A stretch of DNA of 64,000 nucleotides from an uncultured Eggerthellaceae bacterium (GTDB taxonomy: Bacteria > Actinomycetota > Coriobacteriia > Coriobacteriales > Eggerthellaceae). Position 1 is the stretch's first letter, and every line of letters starts with the position of its first letter. Position numbers and translations under genes: made by a program. Location of the stretch: the NCBI GenBank assembly GCA_947565185.1, contig CANODU010000002.1, forward strand, positions 27,357 through 91,356, given 5' to 3'. This document shows, one piece after another, positions 19,485 through 31,426 of this stretch. The notes under the pieces are model-generated. The model saw only the letters and a list, made by a program, of their open reading frames with translations. It ran no database searches and had not been told where the DNA came from.

Positions 19485-20146
19485 CGCTTCTTCTCCTTGC
19501 ATCGCTTCTCGTATCTCATGAGCCTCTCATGGGCTTTGGGGTATGCCAACTCATTCCATATCATAAGGGTATCAGGATGGAGGAGCGCCCCTGCCGATAC
19601 GAGCCGAGCGGTCCAGAACTGATACACCTTGGCGTAGAGCTCATCAAGGCTCGCTTCACCGATCAGCGCTCTGAGCTCGGGCGCTTCTTCGAACCTGCGT
19701 CCTGGCTCGATGGCGTCTGCGACATAGATGATCTCATCGAGCGGGCTCATGTTCGGATCGGCTATGGTGTGCTTGCGGATGGCGCTTATGACCTCATCGG
19801 GGATCTCCGGATGCGTGCGCGCAAGCTCAGCCGCTGCGGTGGGGCCATGCACGACCTGTGGCATGTTCTCAAGCACCCATGGCCCTATCTCCTCTTCGAC
19901 GCCGAGATCCTTGGCCTTCTGGCGGATGACGTCATTATCAAGATCCTTATCCCAATCGTGGAGGATCCCTGCCAAGCGCGCCAGAGTCGCATCATGGCCA
20001 TAGGTGCGCGCAAGGAGCTCAGCAGTGGCTGCCACGCCCTCCATGTGCGCGAAGCGCTTCTTCGACACGCGCGCCGACGCCGCCTTCCTCATGCTCTTGA
20101 AATAGGTATCGCTGGTTGGATCCAATGACATGGCCCCCTCACTCAT
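19481..20146 (-). CDS. yqeK: HD-domain protein YqeK (bis(5'-nucleosyl)-tetraphosphatase family)
   Basis: HD motif (LAGILHDWDK) in the conserved nadD-yqeK-rsfS order. Start chosen at the ATG overlapping the nadD end. Confidence 0.8.
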   Translation of the reverse strand: MSEGAMSLDPTSDTYFKSMRKAASARVSKKRFAHMEGVAATAELLARTYGHDATLARLAGILHDWDKDLDNDVIRQKAKDLGVEEEIGPWVLENMPQVVHGPTAAAELARTHPEIPDEVISAIRKHTIADPNMSPLDEIIYVADAIEPGRRFEEAPELRALIGEASLDELYAKVYQFWTARLVSAGALLHPDTLMIWNELAYPKAHERLMRYEKRCKEKKR

Positions 20147-20732
20147 AGAGGCCCTCTTCGCAGATGTAGGTCGCCACCGCATCAGGTACGAGATAGCGGA
20201 TAGTGCGCCTCTCCTGAACCCGTTGCCTGATCTGGCTAGAGGAGATGCCGATGGAAGGTCCTTCTACGATGGTGATGCGAAAGCCCATCTTCGCAAGCTC
20301 ATCCAGCAAGCCTTGATCCACCGCATAGCCTGGTCGCAGGACGCAGGCGATGCGCGCAAGAGCGGCGATGCGCTCTGCATCCTTCCACCCACGAAGCGTG
20401 AGCAGCGAATCCGCGCCGATGATGAACGTGAGATCCGCATCGGGATGCGCTCGTGTCAGCTCATCCAGCGTTTCCGCCGTATAGGTGATGCCTTCGCGTA
20501 TCACCTCAAGGTCGCTCACGAAGAACGATTCATCGCCTTCCACCGCCAACTCCACCATGGCAAGCCTCTCCTGTGGCGCAGCATGGGTCATGCCCTGCTT
20601 GAAATGGGGAGAGCCTGCCACGACGAAGAGGACCTCATCCAGCCCACACGCATCGCGTGCCACCTCAGCGCAGACGAGATGTCCCAGATGTATTGGGTCG
20701 AAGGTCCCGCCCATGATGCCCAGACGCCGCAT
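20139..20732 (-). CDS. nadD: nicotinate-nucleotide adenylyltransferase
   Basis: 197 aa. LGIMGGTFDPIHLGHL (the (H/T)xGH nucleotidyltransferase motif). 1-nt TGATG overlap with proA. Confidence 0.92.
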   Translation of the reverse strand: MRRLGIMGGTFDPIHLGHLVCAEVARDACGLDEVLFVVAGSPHFKQGMTHAAPQERLAMVELAVEGDESFFVSDLEVIREGITYTAETLDELTRAHPDADLTFIIGADSLLTLRGWKDAERIAALARIACVLRPGYAVDQGLLDELAKMGFRITIVEGPSIGISSSQIRQRVQERRTIRYLVPDAVATYICEEGLYE

Positions 20733-22018
20733 CAGGCGCGCACCTGCCCGGATCCTTTGATGAGGTACTTGTATGAGGTGAGCGCCTCCAAAGCGAACGG
20801 TCCCCGCACGTGCAGCTTCTGCGTGGAGATGCCGATCTCAGCGCCCAAGCCGAACTGCCCGCCATCGGTGAAGGCCGTGGATGCGTTCGCGTAGACCGCG
20901 GCAGCATCCACTGCGGCGAAGAAGCGTGCGATGACATCCTCATCTGCAGCTACGATGGCCTCTGAGTGCCCAGTCCCGTAGCGGTTGATGTGCTCTATGG
21001 CCTCATCTTCTCCGCTCACGCAGCGGATGGCCATCTCTGGAGCCAGATATTCTCTCTCCCAATCCTCTTCCGTGGCAGCGAAGAGCTTAAGCGGGACCCC
21101 TGAGGTTGCCTGCCACGCTCTTGCCTGGGCAAAGGCCGGAGGATCTGCGTGCAAGGCAACACCGTGGGACGCAAGGGCTGCGAAGATGGGGGGTAACGCT
21201 TCATCCGCTGCAGACTCATCCACCAAGAGCGTCTCAGCAGCATTGCAGACGCCATAGCGACGGCACTTGGCATTCTCGACGATGGATGCCGCCATGGCAG
21301 GATCGGCGCTTTCATGCACATAGACATGGCAGTTGCCCGTGCCCGTTTCGATGACGGGCACCTTCGCTGTTTCCACGCAATGCGCGATGAGGCCCGCTCC
21401 TCCCCGCGGCACGATCACGTCTATGAGGCCATGCAGCTTGAGGAGCACATCGGTCGCGGCGCGATCGGTGGTGGTGACGGCCTGGATGCAGGTGCGCGGC
21501 AAGCCCGCCTGGCTGGCAGCATCGGCCAGGATGTTCGCAATGACCTCATTGGAATGCGCTGCCAGAGAACCACCACGCAAGATGCATGCATTGCCTGATT
21601 TCAGGCAGATGCCTGCAGCATCTGCGGTCACATTGGGTCGCGCCTCGTAGATCACGCAGACAACGCCCAAAGGAACGCTCACGCGCGCAAGCTGGAGTCC
21701 GTTGTAGAGCTCGCGCTCCTCTTGCACGCACCCAAGCGGATCGGGAAGGCGCGTCAGATCCTCCAAGGCCGAAGCCTCCTCTTGAATGCGCCCCTCATCC
21801 AAGAGGAGGCGATCCACCAGCGATGCCTTCGTCCCGCGCTCTGTGGCCTTCTCCACATCAACAGCATTGGCGGCTATGATGTCTGCCTCATGGGCCTTGA
21901 GCGCTGCGGCCATCTGGATGAGCGCCCCATCACGCATCGCTGCATCGCTCGCCGCCAGCGCATGAGCCGCTCGCTGCGCCTCAGAGGCGATCGCTCTCAT
22001 CATGCCTTCCAGATCCAT
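20732..22018 (-). CDS. proA: glutamate-5-semialdehyde dehydrogenase
   Basis: 428 aa ProA-family sequence (TGNCHVYVHESAD..., GTGHSEAIV). Confidence 0.93.
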   Translation of the reverse strand: MDLEGMMRAIASEAQRAAHALAASDAAMRDGALIQMAAALKAHEADIIAANAVDVEKATERGTKASLVDRLLLDEGRIQEEASALEDLTRLPDPLGCVQEERELYNGLQLARVSVPLGVVCVIYEARPNVTADAAGICLKSGNACILRGGSLAAHSNEVIANILADAASQAGLPRTCIQAVTTTDRAATDVLLKLHGLIDVIVPRGGAGLIAHCVETAKVPVIETGTGNCHVYVHESADPAMAASIVENAKCRRYGVCNAAETLLVDESAADEALPPIFAALASHGVALHADPPAFAQARAWQATSGVPLKLFAATEEDWEREYLAPEMAIRCVSGEDEAIEHINRYGTGHSEAIVAADEDVIARFFAAVDAAAVYANASTAFTDGGQFGLGAEIGISTQKLHVRGPFALEALTSYKYLIKGSGQVRA

Positions 22019-22027
22019 ATCCTTCTC

Positions 22028-24597
<2,570 letters not shown>

Positions 24598-24598
24598 T

Positions 24599-24626
24599 CA
24601 AAAGAAAAGCCCTCTTGCGAGGGCTT
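24599..24626 (-). terminator. intrinsic terminator between rpmA and obg
   Basis: Minus-strand AAGCCCTC-GCAA-GAGGGCTT followed by TTCTTTTG. It ends only a few nt before the obg SD (GGAGAG). Confidence 0.65.
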
Positions 24627-24664
24627 GTTCACTGATGGGTGCGCACGCCAAGCCGAAAGCTTCG

Positions 24665-24916
24665 TCAGGCCTCGGGGATGACGTGGATCTTGCGCTTGTC
24701 GCCGCGCGTGTACTTCAGCGTACCATCGCACAGGGCGAACAGCGTATCGTCGCTGCCACGACCGACGTTCTCGCCAGGATGGAAGTGAGTGCCGCGCTGA
24801 CGGACGATGACATTGCCGGTCTTGACCTTTTGTCCGGCGAACATCTTGCAGCCAAGGCGCTTCGCATGTGAGTCACGGCCGTTTCGGGTGGAACCCAGAC
24901 CCTTCTTGTGTGCCAT
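24665..24916 (-). CDS. rpmA: 50S ribosomal protein L27
   Basis: 83 aa, [22 protein letters not shown]... There is no N-terminal propeptide. Confidence 0.96.
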   Translation of the reverse strand: MAHKKGLGSTRNGRDSHAKRLGCKMFAGQKVKTGNVIVRQRGTHFHPGENVGRGSDDTLFALCDGTLKYTRGDKRKIHVIPEA

Positions 24917-24938
24917 ATCGAAAACCTCCTGAGGTCAG

Positions 24939-25472
24939 CTATTCAGACTTCTTATCCGCGTCCTTGGCGGACTCATCCTCTGCCTTCTTGGCAGAAGCCT
25001 TCTTCGCGGGCGCCTTCTTGGCTGGTGCCTTCTTGGCATCCTTGGCCGGCTTGTCAGCCTTAGCAGCCTTCTCAGCCTTGTCCGCCTTCTCTGCCTTCTT
25101 GGGAGCCTCATCCGCATCCTTGGCAGCCTTCTTCGCCGTCTTCTTGGCAGGCTCCTTGTACTTCTCAGAGCCGATCTGCACGATCTGGATGCGCGTCAGG
25201 TTCTGCCTGTGACCACGCTTGCGCTTGTAGTTCTTGCGCTTCTTGAACTTGAAGACGATGACCTTCTTGTCCTTGAATTGCTCGACCACAACGGCTTCCA
25301 CTTTGGTCTCTGCGGCCTTCGCAGGATCTGCGATGACGTCCTTGCCATCGACGACGCAGATGGTCGTGAGCTCTACCTTGTCACCAACTTCTCCGGGGAG
25401 CTTCTCCACGTTGAGCTTGTCCCCTAGGGCGACTTTGTATTGCTTGCCGCCGGTCTTAACGATTGCGTACAT
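24939..25472 (-). CDS. rplU: 50S ribosomal protein L21 with a roughly 75-aa Lys/Ala-rich C-terminal tail
   Basis: Start set at MYAIVKTGGKQYKV, the conserved L21 N-terminus, with SD AAGGAGA upstream. The core of about 100 aa is followed by KEPAKKTAKKAAKDADEAPKKAEKADK... Confidence 0.92.
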   Translation of the reverse strand: MYAIVKTGGKQYKVALGDKLNVEKLPGEVGDKVELTTICVVDGKDVIADPAKAAETKVEAVVVEQFKDKKVIVFKFKKRKNYKRKRGHRQNLTRIQIVQIGSEKYKEPAKKTAKKAAKDADEAPKKAEKADKAEKAAKADKPAKDAKKAPAKKAPAKKASAKKAEDESAKDADKKSE

Positions 25473-25512
25473 TGCTTCTTGTCTCCTTGAATGTGTCCAA
25501 ACGCAAGGCGAT

Positions 25513-25541
25513 ATCCTACCAATGCGAAACTTCCGCGTCAA
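25513..25541 (-). promoter_or_regulatory. candidate sigma-70-type promoter of rplU-rpmA
   Basis: Minus strand reads TTGACG, a 17-nt spacer, then TAGGAT, about 40 nt upstream of the rplU ATG. Confidence 0.5.
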
Positions 25542-25627
25542 CCGATGATCTGGCTGAGGTGTCGTTTTTTCCGCTCAGCACCCCACGGCTGCTGCCAAAT
25601 GCAAGATGCGCAGCTCTGCTTTCCTTC

Positions 25628-28261
25628 TCAATGCGCAGATGCCCAATTCGGTCCCCATTGCACATCAGCTACGAGCGGCACCTTGAGCGAGACGATGCCC
25701 TCCATGGTCTTCTTCACCATGGCCGCCAAGCGCGCTGCCTCGGATGCAGGCACTGAGAAATCCAGCTCGTCGTGGACTTGGAGGATCATCTTCGCCGTGA
25801 AGCCTTCGCTGTCCAAGCGCTCTTGCACATCGATCATCGCCCGCTTGATGATATCCGCTGCCGCCCCTTGCATGGGATGGTTCATAGCCGTCCGCTCTCC
25901 TTGGGCGCGCACGTTCTTGTTCGTGGCTCTGATCTCCGGGATGCGCCTCTTGCGGCCGAATATGGTCTCAGCGTATCCCTTCTGAGCGGTCTCATCCACG
26001 ATGCCATCGAGATACGCGCGCACTTGCGGATAGGCCTCGAAGTACCTGCGGATCATCTCAGCCGCCTCGGATGTGGGGATATCCAGCGTCTGGGAGAGCC
26101 CGTAGGCCTGTTGCCCATAGACGATGCCGAAGTTCACGGCTTTGGCCCGACTGCGCAGCTCGGGCGTGACCTCATCCACGCTCACGCCATTCACGCGCGC
26201 GGCGGTATTCGCGTGAAAGTCCTCACCTGACCTGAATGCATCGATCAGATGCTCATCTCCTGACAGATGCGCCAGCAAGCGCAACTCTATCTGCGAGTAG
26301 TCCGCTGCCAAGAAGACGCTCTCAGCGTCAAGGGGCACGAAGCACTCCCGGATGCGGCGCCCGAATTCAGTGCGAACGGGAATGTTCTGCAGGTTGGGAT
26401 CTGATGAGGAGAGGCGCCCCGTTGCAGTCACCGTCTCATGGAAGACCGTATGCACGCGCCCATCTCCCGCACGCATCTTCGGCAGGCTATCAAGGTAGGT
26501 GGACTTGATCTTGGACAGCTCGCGATACCGCAGCACATCCTGCGCGATGGAGGCGGTCTTCGCCAGTTCGCGCATGACGCGCGCATCCGTGGAATAACCG
26601 CGCGAATTCTTCTTCACGGGGGGCAGCCCCATGACGTCGAAGAGGATATGCGCCAGCTGCTTGGGAGAATCGATATTGAACTCTTCCCCCGCTTGATCGT
26701 AGATCTCCTCAGCCAGCGTGCTCAAGCTCTCCATCGCATCGCATCTGAGAGCTTCCAAGTGCTCCATGTCCACTTCCACACCTGTGCGCTCCATGAAGGC
26801 AAGCACGCTCACGAGCGGGAGATCTATGTCCTCATAGACCTGCCGCGACCCATCCTCTTCCAAAGCCTTCTCCAAAACGGGCTTCAAGGTGCGGCAGAGC
26901 GCCGCATGCAAGGCGAGCTCCTCATCCCCTTCCACCTCTGGCAGCACGCCTCCCAAGAATCGCTCCGCCAAGCCGAGATAGGTATAGGAGCTCACGGTGG
27001 ATTCCAGCACATAGGCAGCGAGCGACACGCTGAAGCCGCGGTGAGCAGACAGATCCTCATCGCTTACCGAAGCGTCCTGAGAGGTATCCGATGGATAGGC
27101 CAGATGCAGAAGCTCCTTCAAGTCCAGCACGGAGAATGCTGTAGTGCGGATCAGATGCGCACATGCTTCAAGGGCTGCAGCATCCTCCAGGATGAGATGC
27201 TCGCCGGGCACGCTCAAGGCCAAGGAGACGGATTGGCCGAAGATGGTATCCGCTTCTCCTCGCACGAAAGCCACGCCAATGCATTCTCCGCGCTCATGCG
27301 CGCTATCGATGAAGCCCTTCCATGCGCGCCCGTCTGCGCGCTTTCCTACCTCAACGGCGATGGCCTGCATGGTAGCCTCTTCATGGATCAGGGCCAACAC
27401 GCGCGCAAGCGGGCTTCTCAGCTGATATTTGCTGAAGGCCTCTTCCACTGCGTGGGCCTGAAAGGCAGGAAACGATGCGCCCTCTATGTCAAGCTCGAAA
27501 TCCAGATCGCGCACGATGGTGGCGATCTGACGGCTGAGGTAAGCCAAGGACTCGTTCTGTTCCAGATTCTCCCGCTGCTTGCCCTTGAGGTCATCTATAT
27601 GCTCATAGACGCCTTCGATGCTCCCGTACTGCTCCAAGAGCTGCGTTGCCTTCTTGGGTCCGATCCCCGGAACGCCGGGGATGTTGTCAGAGCTATCGCC
27701 CATGAGTCCCAGATAGTCGCAGAACTGATCCGGGCTGACGCCGTATTTCTCCATGACCTCATCTGGACCATAGATCACCACATCGGTGATGCCGCGCTTG
27801 GTGGTCACGATCCTCGTCTTGTCGGTGGCAAGCTGGCAGGCATCCTTATCTCCTGTTACCAGAAGCGTCTGAAACCCGAGCGCCTCATCGCGTGCCGCGA
27901 TGGTGCCCAAGATGTCATCGCCCTCCCAGCCCTTCACCTTCACGACAGGCACATCCATGGAGGAGAGGAGCTCCTCGATGATGGGGAATTGCACATGCAG
28001 CTCCTCATCCATCTTCGGGCGCTGCGCCTTGTATCCGGGCATCTCCTCCATGCGGAACTCCGGCTTGCCCGCATCGAACGCGCAGATGAGTGCGTCAGGC
28101 TGCATATCCTCAGCGAATTTGCAGAGCATCTGCATGAAGCCGAACACGGCATTGGTGGGCGTGCCATCCTTCGCCGTCATGGGCGTTTGGATGGCATGAT
28201 AGGCCCGATGCATGAGCGAATTTCCATCTATGACGGCCACTGTCTTCGTCATCCGATGCAA
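25628..28261 (-). CDS. polA: DNA polymerase I
   Basis: 877 aa with 5'-nuclease, 3'-5' exo-like and polymerase domains (DYSQIELRLLAH, QVHDELDF). The start could instead be MTKTV at 28252. Confidence 0.95.
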   Translation of the reverse strand: MHRMTKTVAVIDGNSLMHRAYHAIQTPMTAKDGTPTNAVFGFMQMLCKFAEDMQPDALICAFDAGKPEFRMEEMPGYKAQRPKMDEELHVQFPIIEELLSSMDVPVVKVKGWEGDDILGTIAARDEALGFQTLLVTGDKDACQLATDKTRIVTTKRGITDVVIYGPDEVMEKYGVSPDQFCDYLGLMGDSSDNIPGVPGIGPKKATQLLEQYGSIEGVYEHIDDLKGKQRENLEQNESLAYLSRQIATIVRDLDFELDIEGASFPAFQAHAVEEAFSKYQLRSPLARVLALIHEEATMQAIAVEVGKRADGRAWKGFIDSAHERGECIGVAFVRGEADTIFGQSVSLALSVPGEHLILEDAAALEACAHLIRTTAFSVLDLKELLHLAYPSDTSQDASVSDEDLSAHRGFSVSLAAYVLESTVSSYTYLGLAERFLGGVLPEVEGDEELALHAALCRTLKPVLEKALEEDGSRQVYEDIDLPLVSVLAFMERTGVEVDMEHLEALRCDAMESLSTLAEEIYDQAGEEFNIDSPKQLAHILFDVMGLPPVKKNSRGYSTDARVMRELAKTASIAQDVLRYRELSKIKSTYLDSLPKMRAGDGRVHTVFHETVTATGRLSSSDPNLQNIPVRTEFGRRIRECFVPLDAESVFLAADYSQIELRLLAHLSGDEHLIDAFRSGEDFHANTAARVNGVSVDEVTPELRSRAKAVNFGIVYGQQAYGLSQTLDIPTSEAAEMIRRYFEAYPQVRAYLDGIVDETAQKGYAETIFGRKRRIPEIRATNKNVRAQGERTAMNHPMQGAAADIIKRAMIDVQERLDSEGFTAKMILQVHDELDFSVPASEAARLAAMVKKTMEGIVSLKVPLVADVQWGPNWASAH

Positions 28262-28287
28262 CCTTCCTCAAGACGTCTTCTGATGGC

Positions 28288-28956
28288 TCAAGACCACAGA
28301 TATCCTACGCCGCGCACCGTCTCCAGATGCTGAGCCAGCTCAGGTCCGAGCTTCGCCCGCACGCGCCTGACATGCACGTCCACCGTACGCGAGCCTCCGT
28401 AATAGTCGAAGCCCCACACCCGCCTCAAGAGCGTGTCGCGCGAATAGGTGCGGCCGGGATGAGTGATGAGGAACGCGAGCAGAGCATATTCCAAGTACGT
28501 GAGATCCAATGGATTGCCCGATACCTTCACCTGATAGGTGGCCAGATTCACCGTCATGGTGTCGATAGCGATGAAGTCCGATCGACTGGATTCATTGCCG
28601 GGCCAGAGCAGCTGGCGCACGCGCGTGGCGCATTCCTCATCCGTTGCGTCCGATACGACGAAGTCAGCCTTGGTCTGCACGGGAAGCCGGAAGTTCGCAA
28701 GATCAGCTTGGTCGATGATGACGAGCAAGGACGCGGTGCCCTCCTCTGAGAGCGCATCCTCTATCATCGCCGTCTGCGCTCCCACATCCCCCCTTGCTTC
28801 CAAGATGACCAAGTCGCACAGGGGATTCGCCTGCAAGAGCTTGCGCGCCTGCGCCGATGAGCCGGCAAAGACGCTCACATCCATGCCTGAGAGCACCTGC
28901 TTGAAACGACGAGCATTATCTAAAGAATCAGCTATGAATACGATGTCTTTGGACAT
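28288..28956 (-). CDS. OmpR/PhoB-family winged-helix regulator with a degenerate (pseudo-)receiver domain; GlnR-like by context
   Basis: 222 aa. The C-terminal wHTH (LTYLEYALLAFLITHPGRTYSRDTLLRRVWGFDYYGGSRTVDVHVRRVRAKLG) is canonical. The receiver shows IADS for DD, LVILE for the phospho-Asp position, and no conserved Lys. The start lies 1 nt after the glnA stop. Confidence 0.8.
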   Translation of the reverse strand: MSKDIVFIADSLDNARRFKQVLSGMDVSVFAGSSAQARKLLQANPLCDLVILEARGDVGAQTAMIEDALSEEGTASLLVIIDQADLANFRLPVQTKADFVVSDATDEECATRVRQLLWPGNESSRSDFIAIDTMTVNLATYQVKVSGNPLDLTYLEYALLAFLITHPGRTYSRDTLLRRVWGFDYYGGSRTVDVHVRRVRAKLGPELAQHLETVRGVGYLWS

Positions 28957-28957
28957 A

Positions 28958-30295
28958 TCAGAGCACCGCCAAGAGCCGATCGCGCTCCCAAGGAGTCACG
29001 AAGCTCTGATACGCATCCCATTCCTCCCGCTTGGAGCGGACCAAGAAGCGATGCGTATGCTCTCCCAAGACCTGACGCATGAGGCTGCTCTCCTCAAAGG
29101 CGCTGATAGCCTCGCCCAGATTCTTCGGAAGGCTGCCGTAGGCTCTGCAGGCCGCTTGCGACCGATCCATGTCCGCTTCGCACGGAGAGGAGAGCTCAAG
29201 GTCCCGCTCGATGCCATCAAGTCCCGCAGCCAAGATGACAGCAAAGGCAAGATAGGGATTGGCGGCCACGTCAGGGCTTCGCAGGACCACGCGACACGCA
29301 TCGGCTTCGCCCGGTCGGTACATAGGAACGCGCAGGATGGCTTCGCGGTTCGAACGCGTCCATGCGATGCGCGTGGGCGCAAGCCCATCAGAGCAAAGGC
29401 GCTTATAGGAATTCACATACTGATTGGTGATCAGGCTCATCTCGCGCGCGTGCTCCAGAACGCCAGCGATGAAGCACCGAGCCACCTGGGAAAGCCCCCA
29501 CCCTTCGGCATCCTTTGGATCATAGAAGGCGTTGCGACCTTCCTCGTCGAACAGGCTCAAATGGATATGCATGCTGCTTCCCGGCTGATCGTTCATGGGC
29601 TTGGGCATGAACGAGGCGTACACCCCATGCTTGATGGCGATCTCCTTCACCACCAACTTATAGGTCATGATGGAATCGGCCATAGCCAGAGCATCCGTGG
29701 CACGCAGGTCTATCTCATGCTGGGAGCTGCCCTGTTCGTGATGGGAGTATTCCACGGGGATGCCCATGTGCTCTAAGGTGAGCACCGTGTCGCGTCGCAG
29801 GTCGCTCGCGTAATCCAAAGAGGTCAGGTCGAAATACGATCCCCTGTCCAAGACCTCGGTGCCATCTGCATCCTTGAAATAGTAGAACTCCATCTCAGCG
29901 CCGATGTTGGGGGTGAATCCGGCCTCGGCGCACTGTGAGACGGCGCGCTCTAGGATGAAGCGCGGATCCCCATCGAAGGGCTGACCATCAGGGGTCCTCA
30001 CATCGCAGAACATGCGTGCCACCGCATCGGTCTGCGGACGCCACGGCAGCACCTGGAACGTGGAAGGGTCGGGAAAGGCCAGCGCATAAGGCTCATCGGC
30101 ATCGGTGAATCCCTTGATGCAGCTGCTGTCGAAGCCCATCCCTTCCGAGAATGCATGCTCCAGCTCACCGGGGACCACCGCGAACGATTTCATGGCGCCC
30201 AAGACATCGGTGAACCAGCACCGCAGGAAATGGACATCACGGCTCTCGATGGTCTTCAAGACGAAGTCCACCTTCGGATTCCTGAGTTCAGACAC
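28958..30295 (-). CDS. glnA: type I glutamine synthetase
   Basis: 445 aa GS-I sequence (FMPKPMNDQPGSSMHIHLSLF, NSYKRL). GTG start preceded by SD GGAGG. Confidence 0.93.
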   Translation of the reverse strand: MSELRNPKVDFVLKTIESRDVHFLRCWFTDVLGAMKSFAVVPGELEHAFSEGMGFDSSCIKGFTDADEPYALAFPDPSTFQVLPWRPQTDAVARMFCDVRTPDGQPFDGDPRFILERAVSQCAEAGFTPNIGAEMEFYYFKDADGTEVLDRGSYFDLTSLDYASDLRRDTVLTLEHMGIPVEYSHHEQGSSQHEIDLRATDALAMADSIMTYKLVVKEIAIKHGVYASFMPKPMNDQPGSSMHIHLSLFDEEGRNAFYDPKDAEGWGLSQVARCFIAGVLEHAREMSLITNQYVNSYKRLCSDGLAPTRIAWTRSNREAILRVPMYRPGEADACRVVLRSPDVAANPYLAFAVILAAGLDGIERDLELSSPCEADMDRSQAACRAYGSLPKNLGEAISAFEESSLMRQVLGEHTHRFLVRSKREEWDAYQSFVTPWERDRLLAVL

Positions 30296-30329
30296 TAAGA
30301 CCTCCGCTTTCGCTCATAGGATGGAGTCG

Positions 30330-30338
30330 ATTATAGCA
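30330..30338 (-). promoter_or_regulatory. extended -10 element (TGCTATAAT) upstream of glnA
   Basis: Minus strand reads TGC-TATAAT about 35 nt upstream of the glnA start, immediately after the rpmE terminator. Confidence 0.45.
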
Positions 30339-30341
30339 AGG

Positions 30342-30379
30342 CAAAAGAAAGAGGCGGCTGCGATCAGCAACCGCCTCTT
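30342..30379 (-). terminator. intrinsic terminator of rpmE
   Basis: Minus-strand AAGAGGCGG, a 13-nt loop, then CCGCCTCTT, followed by TCTTTTG. Confidence 0.7.
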
Positions 30380-30414
30380 CATGGTTGGATGAGGATCAAG
30401 GGCAACCTGGCCTT

Positions 30415-30891
30415 TTAAGCCTCTGCGCCCTCCTCCGCTGCAGCGTCAGCTTGAACGGCAGCCTCTTCCATCACCTCTGCTGCCTCAGCTGCTTCAGCCT
30501 CAACGGCAGCGTCATCAGCAGATGCTTCAGCTTCGGCAGCCTTCGAAGCGGCCTCCTCGGCGTACTTCGCCGCGCGCTCTTCCTTCTCCTTCGCCTTGGC
30601 CTCGCGCTCTGCCTTGCGTGCCGCTTCGCGCTCTGCAGCCTTCGCAGCGCGCTCAGCCTTGCGAGCTGCCTCGCGCTCTGCCACAGCCTCAGATGCGGAT
30701 CCGAAGCGGTCTGCGAACCTTTGGACGCGGCCGCCGGTGTCGATCAGCTTCTGGGTCCCCGTGTAGAACGGATGGCACACATTGCAGATGTCGATGCGCA
30801 GCTCAGGTTTGGTGGAACGAGTGACGAACTCGTTGCCGCAGCTGCACCGCACTGTGCAATCCATGTACTCTGGATGGATGTCCTTCTTCAT
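30415..30891 (-). CDS. rpmE: 50S ribosomal protein L31 (Zn-ribbon type) with a roughly 90-aa Ala/Glu-rich C-terminal extension
   Basis: [22 protein letters not shown]...[10 protein letters not shown] is a canonical L31 core of about 68 aa. It is followed by [41 protein letters not shown]...EEGAEA. Confidence 0.92.
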   Translation of the reverse strand: MKKDIHPEYMDCTVRCSCGNEFVTRSTKPELRIDICNVCHPFYTGTQKLIDTGGRVQRFADRFGSASEAVAEREAARKAERAAKAAEREAARKAEREAKAKEKEERAAKYAEEAASKAAEAEASADDAAVEAEAAEAAEVMEEAAVQADAAAEEGAEA

Positions 30892-30962
30892 ATGTCAGCT
30901 CCTAAGCTCATGCCTTGGTTTCCGACCAAGGCTACAGACAAGCCGAGCAATGATATCACACC

Positions 30963-31343
30963 TTACAGATCGAGCTTCCAGAGTCCGTGGATATTGCAGA
31001 ATTCATAGACCTCGTTCGCCGTTTCACCTTCACCCAGATAGAAGTCCGTGGCAGGCGCCATGCCGCTTTGCAGCGGATGGATCTCATAGCCCGCATCCTT
31101 CACCAAGCAGATGAACTGGATGTAATGCTCCGGCTCCATGGGATGATCCACCGATCCGATGTTCACATGCACATGGTTGCCCTCGATGGTGACCTTCGGC
31201 ACGTGCTTCTCCAAAGAGGCATCCACCGTATCAGGGATGAGCTCTACCATGGGCTCGCCACAGCAGATGATGGGCACGCCCGAATCCACGACCTTGACAG
31301 CGATGTTGCCGCAATGCTCGCATCTATAGAATCTGACCTGCAT
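30963..31343 (-). CDS. dfx: desulfoferrodoxin (2Fe superoxide reductase)
   Basis: 126 aa. The N-terminal desulforedoxin Cys4 site (CEHCGN...CCGEPM) and centre II ligands (EKHVP, H..H, CNIHGLW) are present. Confidence 0.9.
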   Translation of the reverse strand: MQVRFYRCEHCGNIAVKVVDSGVPIICCGEPMVELIPDTVDASLEKHVPKVTIEGNHVHVNIGSVDHPMEPEHYIQFICLVKDAGYEIHPLQSGMAPATDFYLGEGETANEVYEFCNIHGLWKLDL

Positions 31344-31426
31344 CTTGTACCTTCTTTCACTCGACCGATGACGTCTTTGGCATGCTATACCGTCTCATCC
31401 GCGTTCGAAGCCAGAGGCCATGACCG

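Noticed and set aside
24950-25150. Short periodic DNA repeats here, at 30520-30700 and at 43470-43610. I considered whether they could be CRISPR-like or minisatellite arrays.
   Set aside because: All lie inside ORFs and simply encode low-complexity Lys/Ala or Ala/Glu tails. There is no repeat-spacer organisation.
26438-28333. 631-aa ORF on the plus strand, the longest unexplained ORF in the window.
   Set aside because: It lies entirely antisense to a full-length, unmistakable polA. Its translation is Arg/His/Leu/Gly-rich with no family resemblance and no SD. This is a typical stop-poor antisense frame of a high-GC gene.
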